Under the pieces are notes generated by a model. That model was not told where the DNA came from. It did no database searches and saw nothing but the letters and a program-made list of their open reading frames with translations. Source: Candidatus Zixiibacteriota bacterium (lineage in GTDB: Bacteria > Zixibacteria > MSB-5A5 > GN15 > FEB-12). From it: a stretch of 18,228 nucleotides of DNA. Below are positions 16,330 through 18,228 of the stretch, piece by piece. The stretch's first letter is position 1. Each line of letters begins with the position of its first letter. The stretch spans positions 1 to 18,228 of the forward strand of contig JBGSIV010000066.1 in the NCBI GenBank assembly GCA_041742355.1. The letters are read 5' to 3'. The position numbers and the translations under genes were made by a program.

Positions 16330-17532
16330 CTACGATTCGGCCTTCCGGGCCGGGTTCGCTCCCCGCCTGCCCTCGCGAAGCGCGCGGACAGCCTGTTGCA
16401 GCCCCGGCACCCGCTTCAGCAGCTCCCGGCAGTGTTTCGGCCACGCCCCGGCAAGCAGCGGCCACGGGCGGTCGGGATACAAACCGACATCGTAGTACGG
16501 TCGCTTGTCCGGATGCCACGTATGATGCCAGTTCTTATCCGTAACAAAATTCACTTCGTCCGTCAGAGTATCGGCAAACGCCCGGGCCAACATGTGCTCG
16601 ATCAGCAACACTCCCGGCGAATAGTGCGCAAATGCCTCATCGTACCCGATCTTCCAGAGAAACAGCCTCCGGCCGCTGCGGATAGCGAGGTGCCCCGCCA
16701 CATCCGTCCGGCCCACTCGGAGAAAATGCCACTCGAGTTTTCCGCAAGAGTGAAGCCGCTCGGCGAGCAGCCGGTAGAATCTCCTCAGCCCGGCATCTTT
16801 CAGGATCGCCGACCCGGCCCGACCCTTCCAGCCTGCGGCTTCAATTGGCATGAACCGATCCAGGTACTCCGGCCGCGCCGCTTCTCCCGCCAAAAACTCC
16901 GAAACAATCTCGCCCACTCCGGCCATCTTACCGTGAGACCGCTTCAACTGGCGGTGAAAATTCGACGATAACCCTCTTTCATACTCATCCCAAGCGCCGA
17001 CTGTACGCACCACTGAGGCACATCCGTCCAAACTGGTGACAGCCGAACTCCGGGGCCAGTCGGACGAAACCAGCGGCGACTCTCGCTCAAGCAACGTAAA
17101 CTCCAACCCGAACCACCCCGGCGCCACCTCGTCCAACGCTTTCCTGAATTCTACCGCCACCGCCTCTTGGTATCCCGGCGCCGCCACCAGATCGATTGAA
17201 TGAGTGTGGCGATCCCTGGGTTGCCGCACAATGCTGACTGAACGCCCCCAAGCCGATGTCTGTTCGATCGACAACGGCAACACTCCCACCAGCCGCCCCG
17301 CCGCAATTGCCACAAGACACAACCAGGGACAGCCTTCCGGTCGGCAGCATTCCAGGTGCGCCGAGACCCATGCATGGGACATCGCGGGAAACCGACCGGC
17401 CCCCCCAAGCACCAAATCATTCCAGGGTTCGGCGAAGGGCTCCAGTTCGTGAACATCGCGAAGCACCCGAACCAAGACCGATCCGCTGCCGGCTTTCGCC
17501 GAGCGGGCATCGGCTGAAATCACGTTCTTCAT
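16330..17532 (-). CDS. GNAT-fold acyltransferase (CelD/BcsL-like, Acetyltransf_6/FemAB-like), paralog 2
   Basis: Colinear with paralog 1 (SHAWVSAHLE, PWLCL, FRKALDE, PEYLDRF, EAAGWKGR, LEWHFLRV, WKIGYDEA, VNFVTD). Start uncertain: ATG 17532 preferred over TTG 17553. Confidence 0.85.
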   Translation of the reverse strand: MKNVISADARSAKAGSGSVLVRVLRDVHELEPFAEPWNDLVLGGAGRFPAMSHAWVSAHLECCRPEGCPWLCLVAIAAGRLVGVLPLSIEQTSAWGRSVSIVRQPRDRHTHSIDLVAAPGYQEAVAVEFRKALDEVAPGWFGLEFTLLERESPLVSSDWPRSSAVTSLDGCASVVRTVGAWDEYERGLSSNFHRQLKRSHGKMAGVGEIVSEFLAGEAARPEYLDRFMPIEAAGWKGRAGSAILKDAGLRRFYRLLAERLHSCGKLEWHFLRVGRTDVAGHLAIRSGRRLFLWKIGYDEAFAHYSPGVLLIEHMLARAFADTLTDEVNFVTDKNWHHTWHPDKRPYYDVGLYPDRPWPLLAGAWPKHCRELLKRVPGLQQAVRALREGRRGANPARKAES

Positions 17533-17659
17533 ACATAGGTAAAATACATCCAAAATCCCGTTTGGGGTAGCCCAAACCAGGGATACGGCGATCTATCTCC
17601 CCACACTCCCCGACTCCACCCGACATGGGTCAACGTCACACGGGTTACCAACCCGCCCG

Positions 17660-18226
17660 CTATACCGTCTTAATATCCCCGGCTGGAAGCCGGCAAAAGA
17701 CATGAAGCCGCCGGCCTTGAAACGGCCATGACTTGTAGTAGCAGAAACTTACGCCCGCCACTGTGACACCGAAAGTCTCGCCGCAGATCCGGAATCCCAT
17801 TCGGAGGTGCGTTCGCAGCGACTCGGTGTTGAACGCGCTGATCGTGCCCAGAATGTTGCGGCAGCCGCGCGCATGGTTGTGCTCCAGCTGCTTCTTGAAG
17901 CAGATGAGGACAAACCCCTTCAGCCGTTCCTCCGGGGCCGTGTAGACATTGTACAGGAAGAACCCGTCGTCCCCCGTGTCGATCGTGATCCCCCCCGATG
18001 CGACAAAAAGCCGGCCGGTCGCCGACCAGCTCCACGCCACGACCCGATCCTCCTTGAGAACCAGCACGCAGTGGTCGCCCCGCTGCATGCGCTCGCGAAA
18101 TACCGCCTCCCGCACCCCCTCCCTCCTGACCCGGTCGATATCGTCAAGGCTCGCCCGTCGGATTTCGTAATTGCGGTAGTCGCGCGGCTGGAGTTTCAAC
18201 TCCTGCCCGCTGACCAGAAAGGTGTG
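17660..18226 (-). CDS. GNAT family N-acetyltransferase-like protein, 5' end probably outside window
   Basis: Frame is open upstream of the TTG at 18199 to the window edge (HTFLVSGQELKLQP...). GNAT motifs FLYNVYTAPEERLKG (acyl-CoA-binding motif A) and NTESLRTHLRMGF (motif B). Confidence 0.8.
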   Translation of the reverse strand, partial: HTFLVSGQELKLQPRDYRNYEIRRASLDDIDRVRREGVREAVFRERMQRGDHCVLVLKEDRVVAWSWSATGRLFVASGGITIDTGDDGFFLYNVYTAPEERLKGFVLICFKKQLEHNHARGCRNILGTISAFNTESLRTHLRMGFRICGETFGVTVAGVSFCYYKSWPFQGRRLHVFCRLPAGDIKTV

Positions 18227-18228
18227 GT

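Noticed and set aside
13706..16971. Plus-strand ORFs 13706..15619, 15540..16544 and 16045..16971
   Set aside because: Antisense to GT2 and the GNAT genes; low-complexity R/P/S-rich translations.

Overview
A GC-rich bacterial window with 13 supportable CDSs (two cut by the window edges). No RNA genes, CRISPR array or transposase were seen. Left part: the C-terminus of an unknown protein, an intergenic gap with REP-like palindromes, and a minus-strand pair of secreted proteins (an S8 subtilase with FG-GAP repeats and a predicted beta-propeller protein). Both end in a 'YPNPFN...K-x-x-L-x-K' FlgD/T9SS-type C-terminal sorting domain. Right part: a cell-surface/EPS tailoring locus with an AsnB-type amidotransferase, a stand-alone adenylation enzyme, an acyl/peptidyl carrier protein, a DUF11-like CTD protein, EpsI, an exosortase, a GT2 glycosyltransferase and three GNAT-fold proteins, two of them tandem paralogs. 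The CTD style suggests an FCB-related lineage such as Zixibacteria (inference only). The most interesting candidate system is a Dlt-like, carrier-protein-dependent aminoacylation/amidation pathway attached to an exosortase locus. Several sigma70-like promoters and recurrent sigma28-like CCGAT(A) elements are readable in the intergenic DNA. All family calls come from motif recognition, not database searches.
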